A stretch of DNA of 59,840 nt from a virus (Duplodnaviria > Caudoviricetes). Location: positions 1 through 59,840 of IMG/VR virus record IMGVR_UViG_3300012041_000024; one strand, 5' to 3'. This document shows positions 1 to 9,545 of the stretch, piece after piece (the first letter of the stretch is position 1; each line of letters starts with the position of its first letter). A model generated the notes under the pieces. That model saw only the letters and a list, made by a program, of their open reading frames with translations. It ran no database searches and had not been told where the DNA came from. The translations under genes were made by a program, and so were the position numbers.

Positions 1-1147
1 CGGCGCGAACAGTTACGACAACGAAGCGATCTGGACGGACGGCGCAGGCGGGTTCGTCGGCTTGTACGTGAAGTCGAGCGGGCCGACGTTGATGGCGTAC
101 AACTGGGACGGCACCGACGACCACGCGGATAAGACGGTCGCGACGGGCATCCCGTACGTCATCCATCAGCGCCACGAAGCGGGCAACGTCTACGTGTCGA
201 TCAACGGCGGCACGGAGACGTCCGTCGCGTCGGGGAACACGACGAGCCTCACGACGAACCTGCGGTTGGGTCTCGGCATTGATTACTTCGCCGGGAAGAT
301 CGGCGAGATACGGATCTACAACGCGGCGTTGTCGACGGCGGAGATCGCGGCGACGAACACCGAGATGCGGGCGAAGTGGATCGGGTCCGGTGCGTCGGTT
401 GCGGTGTCGACCCCGGTCGGTGTCCACAACGCGAACGCGTCGACGAGAACAGCGTCAGTCGCGGCGGCAGCCACGGTCGGTGTCGGCGCCGCCGGTTCGG
501 TGGCGAAAGACTCATCGGTCGGTTCGGCCGCGACGGCAGCCGTGCATTCATCGTTGGATTTTGTCCGATCAGTTGCCGTGTCGAGTCTGACGACAGCGGC
601 GATAACGGCCAACAGCGCGGTCGCGTCGATTCATGACGTTGCTGGTCTGACGACCGCAGCCGCGGATGCAGCGGCGGTCGCGGAGCAGACAGCGGCGGTG
701 GCGGCGGTCGGTGCGGTGTCGCCTAACGGGGTACTGGCGTGGGCGCTCGATCCCGAACCGACGGAGGGGCAGCACGTCTACAACTTCGTCACCGGGCAGA
801 TCGAGTTGGTCGTCGTGGCGTACATCGCTCCGGCCATACCGGGATCGGTGAGTGTCCTCACCACGGTCGGCGCAGCGAACGTCGCTCCGACTCTGCGTAC
901 AGTCGACGGGGCGTCGGTGCATACGGTCGGCGTGCATATCGTCGCGGCGTTCGTCGAGTTCAAGGTGCTGACGACGGTCGGGGCGCACGTCTCGCCGGGA
1001 GCGGTGAAAGATTCCGGTGGTTCCTATGAAGTGTCCGTCGCGGTGCTCGTCACTGGCGGTGTGCATGCTGGAATGTATTTGCTGCCGATCACGTCGATAC
1101 CGACGACGGTGATCGTGTCTCGCGTCGCGGTGGGGTCGATGCAATGA
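1..1147 (+). CDS. C-terminal part of a virion fibre/lectin protein (LamG/concanavalin-like domain followed by Ala/Val/Thr-rich repeats); the gene starts at 59365 and crosses the window junction
   Basis: Frame is open from base 2 and continuous with the ORF at 59365-59840; LamG-like motif YFAGKIGEIRIYNAALSTAEI. Confidence 0.75.
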   Translation, partial: GANSYDNEAIWTDGAGGFVGLYVKSSGPTLMAYNWDGTDDHADKTVATGIPYVIHQRHEAGNVYVSINGGTETSVASGNTTSLTTNLRLGLGIDYFAGKIGEIRIYNAALSTAEIAATNTEMRAKWIGSGASVAVSTPVGVHNANASTRTASVAAAATVGVGAAGSVAKDSSVGSAATAAVHSSLDFVRSVAVSSLTTAAITANSAVASIHDVAGLTTAAADAAAVAEQTAAVAAVGAVSPNGVLAWALDPEPTEGQHVYNFVTGQIELVVVAYIAPAIPGSVSVLTTVGAANVAPTLRTVDGASVHTVGVHIVAAFVEFKVLTTVGAHVSPGAVKDSGGSYEVSVAVLVTGGVHAGMYLLPITSIPTTVIVSRVAVGSMQ

Positions 1148-1356
1148 GCGCTCGGCGGAACACCAACAATCGGCGGTACTGGCCGCGGTCGACGATTCTG
1201 TACGCGCCGATGCAGATCGAAGGGGCGGTGCCGGAAGTCGCGGTGTCGGTCCTCACGACTGTCGCGGTGACGCATGTCGCGCCGACGATCCATGAGAACG
1301 ACAAGGTGATCTCGATGCTGATCGTCTCGCGTGTCGCGGTGGGGAAGATCCAGTGA
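1144..1356 (+). CDS. small putative virion accessory protein
   Basis: ATGA overlap with upstream gene; shares VSVLTT and C-terminal IVSRVAVGxxQ motifs with it. Confidence 0.65.
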   Translation: MSARRNTNNRRYWPRSTILYAPMQIEGAVPEVAVSVLTTVAVTHVAPTIHENDKVISMLIVSRVAVGKIQ

Positions 1357-2675
1357 CGGCGCGCGGCGGCGGTGTGTTGAATCTGCGGCGGTGGCCGCGA
1401 TCTGCGGTGCAGCTACGCCCGACGGTCATCGATATCGGTGATCGGACGCGGGCGGTGCTCACCACGGCGGGTGTCCGCGCGCACGGCGCGGTCGGGCATT
1501 CATCGACGACGACGTCTCGCACGTTCGCCGGGGCGCACCCTCATGCGGCAGTGACGAAGGCGATGTCGTTCGCGGTGTATGTCCCGGCCGCGGTGTACGT
1601 GACCGCGGCCGGTGTCGCGCCGCTGAACCGCAACATCAACGTGTTGACCGGCGCAGCAGTCGGCGTCGGTATCGGTCTCGGTGTTGCGGTGCTGCTCGAC
1701 GAGAACGGCGACCCGATTCTCGATGAGTTCGGCTTCCCGATCCTCATTTACGTGCAGGGCTCGACGAAGACATCGAACAACGCCGCACTGTTGACGGGAG
1801 CGATGTTCGTCGCGTCGGCCACGATCGAGTCGACGAACATCGCGACGGCGGTGTTGACGACGTTCGGCGGGCTCGCCGCCGCGGTGAGCACGACGAGCCG
1901 CGACGTCAGCGCGCTGACGACCGTGATCGCGTCGCTCGGCAATCAGATCATCCACAGCAGCACAACGCAGGCGGCGACGACCGCCGCCGCGAACCACGTC
2001 ACCGCAGCGACACACAACGTACCGACGACAGCCGCTGAGACGACCGGAGCAGCGTTCGCCGGGATCGGCGCAGTACACAGCGCGCCGACTGCGTCGCAGA
2101 CGCATGGGGCGGCGCATAGCGGCTCTGGCGTCGGGCACGACAGCACAGTCGCGGTGCGGACCACCGTCGGGGTCATCACGATCACGTTGCTCGAAGCGAT
2201 CAACTCGATCAGCGTCACTGTTCTCACGTCGGCGGCGCTCGCCGCGCAGTCCGCGACGCTCCGCGCTGCGCTGCCGACGGTGTCCGTCTCCGGCGGGGCG
2301 CTCACCGTGACCGGCCCGTTGGAGCGCGACACCGCGATCGCCGTCACGACGTCAGCCGGAGTCGATCACACGGCGACAGAGCTACAGCACGACGTCGTCA
2401 TCGAAGACACGCCGGTCACGATCGGCGTCGACGCCGCCAGCGAGACGGGACACGACATACCGGTCGACTTCGCGACGATCACGTACGCCGCCGTCTCCGC
2501 GGACGTCGTCGCGTTGCACGAAGCGCTCATCGAAGAGATCTCGACGACCGTAGGGGTGCATACGCAGTGGTCGGAACTGCTCGTGCAGTTGTGCGTCGAA
2601 CTGTCCGCGATCGCGGATTCCGTCACGATGACCGTCGAAGCCGACACCGTCTGCATCGACATCGAAGAATGCTGA
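1353..2675 (+). CDS. Thr/Ala/Val-rich fibre-like virion protein
   Basis: GTGA overlap; low-complexity repeats; LLDENGDPILDEFG motif resembling phage fibre proteins. Confidence 0.6.
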   Translation: MTARGGGVLNLRRWPRSAVQLRPTVIDIGDRTRAVLTTAGVRAHGAVGHSSTTTSRTFAGAHPHAAVTKAMSFAVYVPAAVYVTAAGVAPLNRNINVLTGAAVGVGIGLGVAVLLDENGDPILDEFGFPILIYVQGSTKTSNNAALLTGAMFVASATIESTNIATAVLTTFGGLAAAVSTTSRDVSALTTVIASLGNQIIHSSTTQAATTAAANHVTAATHNVPTTAAETTGAAFAGIGAVHSAPTASQTHGAAHSGSGVGHDSTVAVRTTVGVITITLLEAINSISVTVLTSAALAAQSATLRAALPTVSVSGGALTVTGPLERDTAIAVTTSAGVDHTATELQHDVVIEDTPVTIGVDAASETGHDIPVDFATITYAAVSADVVALHEALIEEISTTVGVHTQWSELLVQLCVELSAIADSVTMTVEADTVCIDIEEC

Positions 2676-2694
2676 ACGAAGGTAAGGTGACGAC

Positions 2695-3015
2695 ATGGCG
2701 GCAGCGGTGTTGACGATCAACGAAGACACGCAGATACGCGCCAACGCGACGTTCAAACCGGCCGGGGTCGACGTCCCGTTCGACCCGCCGGTCGTGAAGC
2801 TCATCACTCGCGCACCGAACTCGGCGACGACGACGACGTACACGTACAACACACCGGGCTCGCCGATCATTCGAGGCGTCGCCGGGGTATATCACGCCTA
2901 TCTGGTGCTCGCCGATCCCGGTTCGTGGTGGATCACATGGGTCGGCGAAGGCGGCACCGGACCGATCGTCGTCGGTGAGATCATGATCAAAGTGAAGAAC
3001 GCGGTGAACGTATGA
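2695..3015 (+). CDS. Ig-like virion structural protein
   Basis: Beta-rich 106 aa with GVYHA..GSWWITW pattern; directly before the adaptor gene. Confidence 0.55.
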   Translation: MAAAVLTINEDTQIRANATFKPAGVDVPFDPPVVKLITRAPNSATTTTYTYNTPGSPIIRGVAGVYHAYLVLADPGSWWITWVGEGGTGPIVVGEIMIKVKNAVNV

Positions 3016-3758
3016 GCAGCGGACTGACATCACCCGTCGCGCCGTGGTGCACCGGCGCCGACCTACCGGAATCAAGCAGCAACGCCGCGGTGAAGCCGGA
3101 GACGTTGACGACGGCGTTCGCGTACGCGTCGTCGATCCTGTTCAATCTCACGAAGCGGCGTTGGCCCGGCACGCGGACCGACGTCTATCGGCCGTGCTGC
3201 GAATGCGACAACTACGACTGCTGCTCGTGCTACCCGACGCGAAGCATCGAACTGATCGGCTACCCCGTCATCGCGATCACGTCGCTCACGATCGACGGCG
3301 CCACCGTCCCGCCCACCGACTACGAGTTGCGCGACGAATCACGCCTCTGCCCGGTGCGCCGACCCGATGGGTCGATGCTGCAAATCCGCCGCTGGCAAGA
3401 CATGACACTGCCGATCACGGAAGTCGGCACGCATCAGATCGAGTACACGTGGGGCGAAGCGCCGCCGCCGGAGGGCGTCACCGCCGCCGCGATACTCGGC
3501 TACGAAATCGCCCTCTCGTGGACACCGTCGACATTGGGCGCGTGCCGACTGCCGAAGCGGGTCACGTCGATCACCCGCCAAGGGATCACGATGGCGTTGA
3601 TCGACCCACTCACGCTGTTCAAAGACGGCATGGTCGGCGTGCCGGAAGTCGACTTGTGGATGAGTTCGCTCGACATCGGCGACACCCGCAACGGCGCAGA
3701 GATCTGGGACGCCATGCGTATGTTCCCGGCGACACGCAAGACACTGCCGCCGACCTGA
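3012..3758 (+). CDS. head-to-tail adaptor
   Basis: LPKRVTSITRQGITM...GVPEVDLW and Cys-rich segment, typical of actinophage adaptors. Confidence 0.75.
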   Translation: MSSGLTSPVAPWCTGADLPESSSNAAVKPETLTTAFAYASSILFNLTKRRWPGTRTDVYRPCCECDNYDCCSCYPTRSIELIGYPVIAITSLTIDGATVPPTDYELRDESRLCPVRRPDGSMLQIRRWQDMTLPITEVGTHQIEYTWGEAPPPEGVTAAAILGYEIALSWTPSTLGACRLPKRVTSITRQGITMALIDPLTLFKDGMVGVPEVDLWMSSLDIGDTRNGAEIWDAMRMFPATRKTLPPT

Positions 3759-3778
3759 CACTCCGCTATCATCCGGCG
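3755..3778 (+). promoter_or_regulatory. leaderless-type promoter CTGACACTC-N2-CTATCATCCGGC
   Basis: TATCAT -10 box 6 nt before ATG 3779, no SD; 21/23 identical to 10030-10052. Confidence 0.6.
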
Positions 3779-4750
3779 ATGCGCGTCCTTTACATCGGCA
3801 ACTTCCAACCGCCTCACAGCACAGAGAACGAGATCCGTATCGCGCTCGAAGCGAACGGCGTCGACGTCGTGCAAGCGCAAGAGAACCTGTTCGACTGGTC
3901 GAACACCGGAGTACGGAACTGCAACTTCGTGCTCTGGACGCATTCACACCATTTCACTGCGCCGGAGAACTACACGAAGATCCGCCGGTTCGAGGCGGCG
4001 CAACGCAAAGCGAAACGACCGATGATCGGCTACCACCTCGACCGCTGGATGGGACTCGGCCGCGAAGTGCAACTCACCTACGACCCGTACTTCGAGCAGT
4101 CGCTGCTCTGCACCGCGGACGGCGGGCACGACGAAGCGTGGGCCGAGTTCGGCATCAATCATCTGTGGTTCCCGCCCGCGGTCAGTCACGTCGACGCGGA
4201 ACGAATCGTGCAACCGAAACGGGCGCTCGCCCGTAAGACCGTCGGGTTCTGCGGCAGTTGGCACGGCTATCACGTCGAGTGGGCGTGGCGGGAGAAACTG
4301 GTGCTCTGGCTGCGCCGCACCTATCAAAGTCGATTGGCGCTCTATCCGCTGTACGGTCGGTCGCTGCGAGGGAAAGATCTGAACGTGTTGTACGCGTCGG
4401 TCCCGGTCATCGTCGGCGACTCGTGTTTGGCGCCTACACGCACCGGCGAGCCGATCACCCGCTACTGGTCTGATCGCATCCCTGAGACGATCGGCCGCGG
4501 CGGCTTCCTGCTCCATCCGTACGTCGAAGGCATCGACGAGCACTTCATGCCCGGTGAGCACTTCATCACCTATGAGCCGTACGACGTCGACGGCCTCGCC
4601 GACTTGATCGCGGAGTGGAATGATCAGCCGACTGAGCGCGAGCACATCGCGAAGGCGGGTCGTGAGCATGTCCTCGACCATCACACGTACAAGCACCGCA
4701 TGGAACGACTGCTGACGCTCGTCCGCGGCGGCGCCGCGGACTGGTCATGA
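3779..4750 (+). CDS. glycosyltransferase (GT-B, CgeB/Glyco_trans_1_2-like)
   Basis: MRVLYIGNF N-terminus; YWSDRIPETIGRGGFLL and GREHVLDHHTYKHR motifs. Confidence 0.85.
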   Translation: MRVLYIGNFQPPHSTENEIRIALEANGVDVVQAQENLFDWSNTGVRNCNFVLWTHSHHFTAPENYTKIRRFEAAQRKAKRPMIGYHLDRWMGLGREVQLTYDPYFEQSLLCTADGGHDEAWAEFGINHLWFPPAVSHVDAERIVQPKRALARKTVGFCGSWHGYHVEWAWREKLVLWLRRTYQSRLALYPLYGRSLRGKDLNVLYASVPVIVGDSCLAPTRTGEPITRYWSDRIPETIGRGGFLLHPYVEGIDEHFMPGEHFITYEPYDVDGLADLIAEWNDQPTEREHIAKAGREHVLDHHTYKHRMERLLTLVRGGAADWS

Positions 4751-5481
4751 TCCTCACTCTGCCGCACGGCCGTTTCGTCGAGTGTCGCGACGGGACGCAC
4801 GACGAGTTGGTGTTCCGTGAGTCGTGGCTCGATGACACGTACCGGATGACGACGCTGCCGAAGCCGCACGGCGGATACGCGCTCGATCTCGGCGCGAACG
4901 TCGGCGCATGGAGCACGCTCGCCGCGACCGCAGGGGCGCAAGTGATCGCCGTCGAATGCTGGCGGGAGAACATCACACGGATGGTCGCGAACGTCGACGC
5001 GTTCGATCTCGGCGAACTGATGATCATCGAAGCAGCAGTTACCGGTCGCCACGTCCACGAGAAATCTGTGCTCGTCGGCGGCGACGGCGCCGAAGTGCAG
5101 ACGTCGATCTTCGTCGGCGAAGCGTTGCCGCGTGTGCCCGCGATTCATATCGACGAACTGTTGATGATGCGTGAGCGGTGGTGGTGCATGAAAGTCGACA
5201 TCGAAGGCGACGAGTACGAAGTGCTCAACGCTGCGACACCGGGTCTGCTGAATCGTGTCGATTACATCGTCGGCGAGTTCCACGGCCCGAAGATGTCGAA
5301 CTGCTTCGACTGGATCGACGACGCGCAGTACGGAGAGTTGATGACGACCCTCGCGGGGTGGGGAAATATCACGACGATGGGTCTACCGGAGCGCGGCGGC
5401 AATTTCTTCGGGCATCGATACGGCGTCGAAGCACCCGTCGTCCCTGCTGAGCACGTACCGATACAGACATGGCTTCGCTGA
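4747..5481 (+). CDS. FkbM-family SAM-dependent methyltransferase
   Basis: LDLGANVGAWS motif I; MKVDIEGDEYEVL motif. Confidence 0.9.
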   Translation: MILTLPHGRFVECRDGTHDELVFRESWLDDTYRMTTLPKPHGGYALDLGANVGAWSTLAATAGAQVIAVECWRENITRMVANVDAFDLGELMIIEAAVTGRHVHEKSVLVGGDGAEVQTSIFVGEALPRVPAIHIDELLMMRERWWCMKVDIEGDEYEVLNAATPGLLNRVDYIVGEFHGPKMSNCFDWIDDAQYGELMTTLAGWGNITTMGLPERGGNFFGHRYGVEAPVVPAEHVPIQTWLR

Positions 5482-5532
5482 CGTTTGTACTCGTGTATTA
5501 TCGGCGCTCCGCTACAGATAGGACACCAACAA

Positions 5533-6555
5533 ATGTGGGGACTCATCGCCCGCGCTGATGACCGGGGGCTCTCGCACATCACGTGGGAAATGGCGCGGCA
5601 CTTGAAACCCGATCGGATACTGCTCGTCGACATGAACGACGAACGATTCCCGACGCATCACTACCGCTACGACGGGCTAACGCCGATCATCGTCGAATGG
5701 AACGTCGGCACTCCCCCGCCACCACAGTTCTTCGACGGGCTCGACGTCGTGTTCACCGCTGAGACGTTCTACGGGCTCGAACCGCTCGCGGCGCAGCACG
5801 ACGTGAAGACGATCAATTACCTCATGCCCGAGTTCTACCGTGCGAATGACACACCACCGACGGAGACGTGGCTGCCGACGAGTTGGCTGAACGAGCATGT
5901 ACCGCATGACCGGATCGTACCGCTGCCGTGCCCGACGGATCGGTGGCGCCACAGCAAGCACGACGATCGCACTCGTCTGCGTACGAAGCACGACACGCTG
6001 CGGGTCGTGATGCCCGCGGGGAACACCGCGATGCACGACCGGAACGGCGCCAAGCTGTTCCTGCAAGCGCTCCGGCACGTCGACCAGCAGATCGATGTCA
6101 CCGTGTGGACGCAAGACCGGGCGTTCCCCGTCGCGAACCGTCTCCCCGGCTGCGTCACGTACCGACTGCGGCGGCGAGCACGCAACTATTGGGAGATCGC
6201 ATACGGCGCCCATTTGGTTGTCATACCCCGTCGGTATGGTGGTTTGTGCCTCCCGGCGATCGAAGCGCTCGGCGCCGGTGCTGCGTTGGCGATGAACGAC
6301 TGCGAACCGAACGCGATGTGGCCGATCGAGCCGATCTCGTGCAAACCCGGCCTCGCGGTCACCGCCCCGTTCGGTGAGATCTCGACGTGGGACTCAGAGC
6401 CGCGCGACATCGCGATGATGCTCAATCACTTCGCGTCTGACGTCGCGCTGACACGAGAGCGCCAAGACGAAGCCCGCACATGGGCGATCGAGCACTCATG
6501 GCAGAACGAAGCCGAGAAGTGGCGCGCCGCGATCACATCGGTCGGTGAACGATGA
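5533..6555 (+). CDS. glycosyltransferase (GT-B, GT4-like)
   Basis: VIPRRYGGLCLPAIEALGAG donor-binding motif; AGGA RBS upstream. Confidence 0.8.
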   Translation: MWGLIARADDRGLSHITWEMARHLKPDRILLVDMNDERFPTHHYRYDGLTPIIVEWNVGTPPPPQFFDGLDVVFTAETFYGLEPLAAQHDVKTINYLMPEFYRANDTPPTETWLPTSWLNEHVPHDRIVPLPCPTDRWRHSKHDDRTRLRTKHDTLRVVMPAGNTAMHDRNGAKLFLQALRHVDQQIDVTVWTQDRAFPVANRLPGCVTYRLRRRARNYWEIAYGAHLVVIPRRYGGLCLPAIEALGAGAALAMNDCEPNAMWPIEPISCKPGLAVTAPFGEISTWDSEPRDIAMMLNHFASDVALTRERQDEARTWAIEHSWQNEAEKWRAAITSVGER

Positions 6556-6842
6556 AACGGTTCATGGTGTTCGTCGGCGACACGTACTACCCCGCGGGCG
6601 GTGCGTCCGATCTGTTGAGGGTGCACGCGTACGACACACTCGTCGAAGCGAAGGCAACGATCATCGAGAACTGGCAATCGAACTACGTGCGCGGTCACGG
6701 CTGCTATTGGGCGCACATCTACGACACGCAGACAGACGAGATCGTGCTGTATCTCGACGAGTACTCGCCGGGCTATCAAGAGGAAGACGCCATCGAGAAG
6801 GCGGGCGAGCGTCACGGATACGAAGGGTGGTGGCACGCGTGA
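6552..6842 (+). CDS. hypothetical protein
   Basis: ATGA overlap; YYPAGG motif; coding-like codon usage. Confidence 0.6.
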   Translation: MKRFMVFVGDTYYPAGGASDLLRVHAYDTLVEAKATIIENWQSNYVRGHGCYWAHIYDTQTDEIVLYLDEYSPGYQEEDAIEKAGERHGYEGWWHA

Positions 6843-7834
6843 GAGTGATCATGCTTGCGACGTTTCAGCATTACGCGGATCACATGATGCCGATCGTCGA
6901 CGCACTACGCGCGCACGACGTCGAAGTCGATTGTTGGACGACGCGCAATGAAGCGCTCTGGGCAGAAAAAGTGAATAAGGCGCACTATCACCGCGAGCAC
7001 CCCGATTACTGGATGGTCGCAGGCAGCGTCGACTACAAGCTCGTCCCGAAAGACGGGCGCATCATTTACGTCGAGCACGGCGCAGGGCAGACGTACGCGG
7101 CGGACAACGGCGGCATCGAGCACGCGGAGTCGTACAGCAACGGGACGCTCGATCGCGTCGCACTGTTCCTGTGCCCGAACGTGTACGTCACGAACCGTCG
7201 AGCGAAGAACCACCCCGACGCGATCTCACGCCTTGTCGGTGTCCCGAAGATGGATTGGTTGCACGAGCATTTGATGCGCGGCGACACCGGCTCGAACATC
7301 GTCGCGTTCGCGTTTCATTGGGACTGCCAAGTCTGTCCCGAGTCGCAGTCGGCGTGGGAGCACTACCGCAGTTCGATGACGAAGATCAACTTGGCGTTGC
7401 GGCGCTCACGTCTGCGTGTCGTCGCGACCGCTCACCCTCGCATCGCGCAGCGCGTGAAGTACCACACCGAACGGAGCGGCATCGAGTTCTGGGACTCAGA
7501 GGACGTCCTCGCGAAAGCCGCCGTGCTCGTCGTCGACAACAGCAGTCTCGGCTACGAGTTCGCATCATTGGATCGGCCGACGGTGTGGATGAACGCACCG
7601 TGGTATCGGCGCGACGTGCATCACGGTCTGCGGTTCTGGGAAGCGATCCCCGGCGAACAAGTCGACGAACCCGAGCAGATCCCTGATGCGGTGCTGCGCG
7701 CGTTGAACGACGATCCGTACGCGAAGCAGCGCGACGTGATCAACGCCTACGTCTGCCCGCTGCGAGACGGCCAAGCAGCGGAGCGTGCAGCGCTGTCGAT
7801 CCTTGCGTTACCTGTGTTTACAGCGAGCGTGTAG
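6839..7834 (+). CDS. GT-B fold transferase (CDP-glycerol glycerophosphotransferase/TagF-like)
   Basis: YVEHG, VGVPKMD, HPR, LVVDNSSLGYEFASLDRPTV and RDGQAAERAA motifs. Confidence 0.75.
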   Translation: MRVIMLATFQHYADHMMPIVDALRAHDVEVDCWTTRNEALWAEKVNKAHYHREHPDYWMVAGSVDYKLVPKDGRIIYVEHGAGQTYAADNGGIEHAESYSNGTLDRVALFLCPNVYVTNRRAKNHPDAISRLVGVPKMDWLHEHLMRGDTGSNIVAFAFHWDCQVCPESQSAWEHYRSSMTKINLALRRSRLRVVATAHPRIAQRVKYHTERSGIEFWDSEDVLAKAAVLVVDNSSLGYEFASLDRPTVWMNAPWYRRDVHHGLRFWEAIPGEQVDEPEQIPDAVLRALNDDPYAKQRDVINAYVCPLRDGQAAERAALSILALPVFTASV

Positions 7835-7854
7835 ATACTGTACTACTTGGTTGA

Positions 7855-7870
7855 TGAGACACGCATATCA
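7855..7870. promoter_or_regulatory. degenerate operator TGAGAC-ACGC-ATATCA
   Basis: 2 mismatches to TGATAC-N4-GTATCA, in an AT-richer intergenic gap. Confidence 0.35.
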
Positions 7871-7902
7871 ACATGCGGGTCGCGACAATCAGGAGTGGTC
7901 AA

Positions 7903-8727
7903 ATGGGTAACTGGACAACTGTGCGTTGGTTATTCGCGTGCACGACCGTGGTCACTATCGCAGCGGCGAACGCGGCGCCGCCGCCTCCGCGGCTCGGGCC
8001 TCCGCAATGCACGCGTCAAGTCGTGAAGTCAGGCGATACCGCGTTGGGGATCGCGCGCAAGGTTGGTGTTCCGTGGGCGCAGTTCGTGCAACTGAACGCG
8101 TATATCCCTGATCTCAACAAGATCTGGCCGCTCGACGAACTCACGCTGTGGTGCCCGCCGCCGCCGGAGATACCGAAGCCGACGCTAGCGGTCGTCGCGG
8201 CAGTAGTCCCGTCGACGACTGTCGTAGTGCCGGTCACGACGAAGCCAACACCACCGACGACGACTGTCGCCGAGTTGGTCACTGCTGCGATGGACGCGCC
8301 GAGTGACGGGCAGCGAGTCGAATGCAACCCGACGGGGCGGCAACGATGGGACGGCTCTGAGCAGTGTGTCACGCCGCTCAACGTCATCGCGGAGTATCTG
8401 CGCGCCGCGGGTTTCGACGGCGATGCGTTGGTGCTGATGTTGGCGATCACGCTCGGAGAGTCGAGCGGCGACCCGTACTCGCACGGCGATCGACACATCA
8501 CCGATGACAAGTGGGGCGACTCCGTCGGGTGGTTCCAAGTGCGGACTGTCCACGCGCAGAAAGGGTCGGGCGGTCCGCGTGACGTCGACGCGTTGCTCGA
8601 TCCGCGGCATCAAGCCGACGCGGCGTGGCGGATCTCCGCGGGAGGGACGAACTTCGTTCCGTGGGGTGCGTACACGAACGGCTCGTACAAGAAATTCCTC
8701 GACCGGGCACGTAAGGCGGTGCAGTGA
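7903..8727 (+). CDS. secreted LysM + lytic transglycosylase (SLT-like) protein
   Basis: Signal peptide; LysM VVKSGDTALGIARK..N..I; Thr/Pro linker; AITLGESSG..GWFQV..PWGAY; AGGAG RBS. Confidence 0.85.
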   Translation: MGNWTTVRWLFACTTVVTIAAANAAPPPPRLGPPQCTRQVVKSGDTALGIARKVGVPWAQFVQLNAYIPDLNKIWPLDELTLWCPPPPEIPKPTLAVVAAVVPSTTVVVPVTTKPTPPTTTVAELVTAAMDAPSDGQRVECNPTGRQRWDGSEQCVTPLNVIAEYLRAAGFDGDALVLMLAITLGESSGDPYSHGDRHITDDKWGDSVGWFQVRTVHAQKGSGGPRDVDALLDPRHQADAAWRISAGGTNFVPWGAYTNGSYKKFLDRARKAVQ

Positions 8728-9020
8728 TGGGTGTACGGAGCGGGTCGTCGTATCGGGTCGTCGACGCCGACGGGCGAGAGCATTGGGTGCCGGTCGGGAA
8801 ACCGCGGCGGCAGGGGTCGTTGTTCTGGCGTTCGCTGCTCGTGCTCACTGTCGTCTTGGCGGGCGGCGGCGCGATCGCTCATTCGTTGCCGACGTCGCAG
8901 TCGTCGGGCGGTGAGTCGATCACGGTGCGGACGTTGGCGCCGACTTCGACGACGGTGCCTTCGACGACGAAGGCGGTCGGGCCGCTCGCGGTGGCTTGTC
9001 AGGCCCTCGGGTTCCGATGA
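8724..9020 (+). CDS. membrane protein
   Basis: One TM helix and Thr/Ser-rich tail; overlaps upstream stop. Confidence 0.55.
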   Translation: MMGVRSGSSYRVVDADGREHWVPVGKPRRQGSLFWRSLLVLTVVLAGGGAIAHSLPTSQSSGGESITVRTLAPTSTTVPSTTKAVGPLAVACQALGFR

Positions 9021-9035
9021 AGTACCCTCGTCGGT

Positions 9036-9545
9036 GTGAGCTACGAGAAGACGTGGGAGTTGGCGCAGGCGGTGATGACCGCGGTCGTCGACGAGTACAC
9101 GCTCGCCGCGGCCGCTGAGCCGTCGTGTGACACGATCGGGCTGCCCGAGTTGCAGTACATATCGAACGGTGACGTCCCCGGCGATTGTGAGCTTCTGGCG
9201 GTCGCTCTGAACCGGGTGTACGGCGTGTCACTGACGCAGGGCCACCCGAACGAGGAAGTCGCGGCGCAGATGTGTACCCATTGGCGCGCCGCCGCGTATG
9301 AGATCGTGTTGCTGCGCTGCGGGCCGATCATGGACGACTCCGCGAACGTCGACTTCGCTCTCGTGCAGGAATCGGGGCGCCAAGTGATGCGCGACTCGCA
9401 GATCATCACTCGTGGCGTGCTCCGCGCGTACCGGGCTGATGCGTTCGGGGTGGGGCCGACGTTGGCGTTCGAGGATTGGGCGTCGATCGTCTCTGAGGGC
9501 GGCTTGGTCGGCGGGCGACTCGTCGTGCGGATCGGGCTTGTCTGA
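9036..9545 (+). CDS. tail terminator/completion-like protein
   Basis: Position between adaptor and tail genes; DCELLAV..LRC..GGLVGG pattern of actinophage neck proteins. Confidence 0.55.
   Translation: MSYEKTWELAQAVMTAVVDEYTLAAAAEPSCDTIGLPELQYISNGDVPGDCELLAVALNRVYGVSLTQGHPNEEVAAQMCTHWRAAAYEIVLLRCGPIMDDSANVDFALVQESGRQVMRDSQIITRGVLRAYRADAFGVGPTLAFEDWASIVSEGGLVGGRLVVRIGLV

Noticed and set aside
3044-3778. N-terminal extensions in the ORF track (3044, 6545, 16561, 20852, 46190 and others)
   Set aside because: They overlap genuine upstream genes or leaders; better starts with SD, coupling or -10 boxes lie downstream
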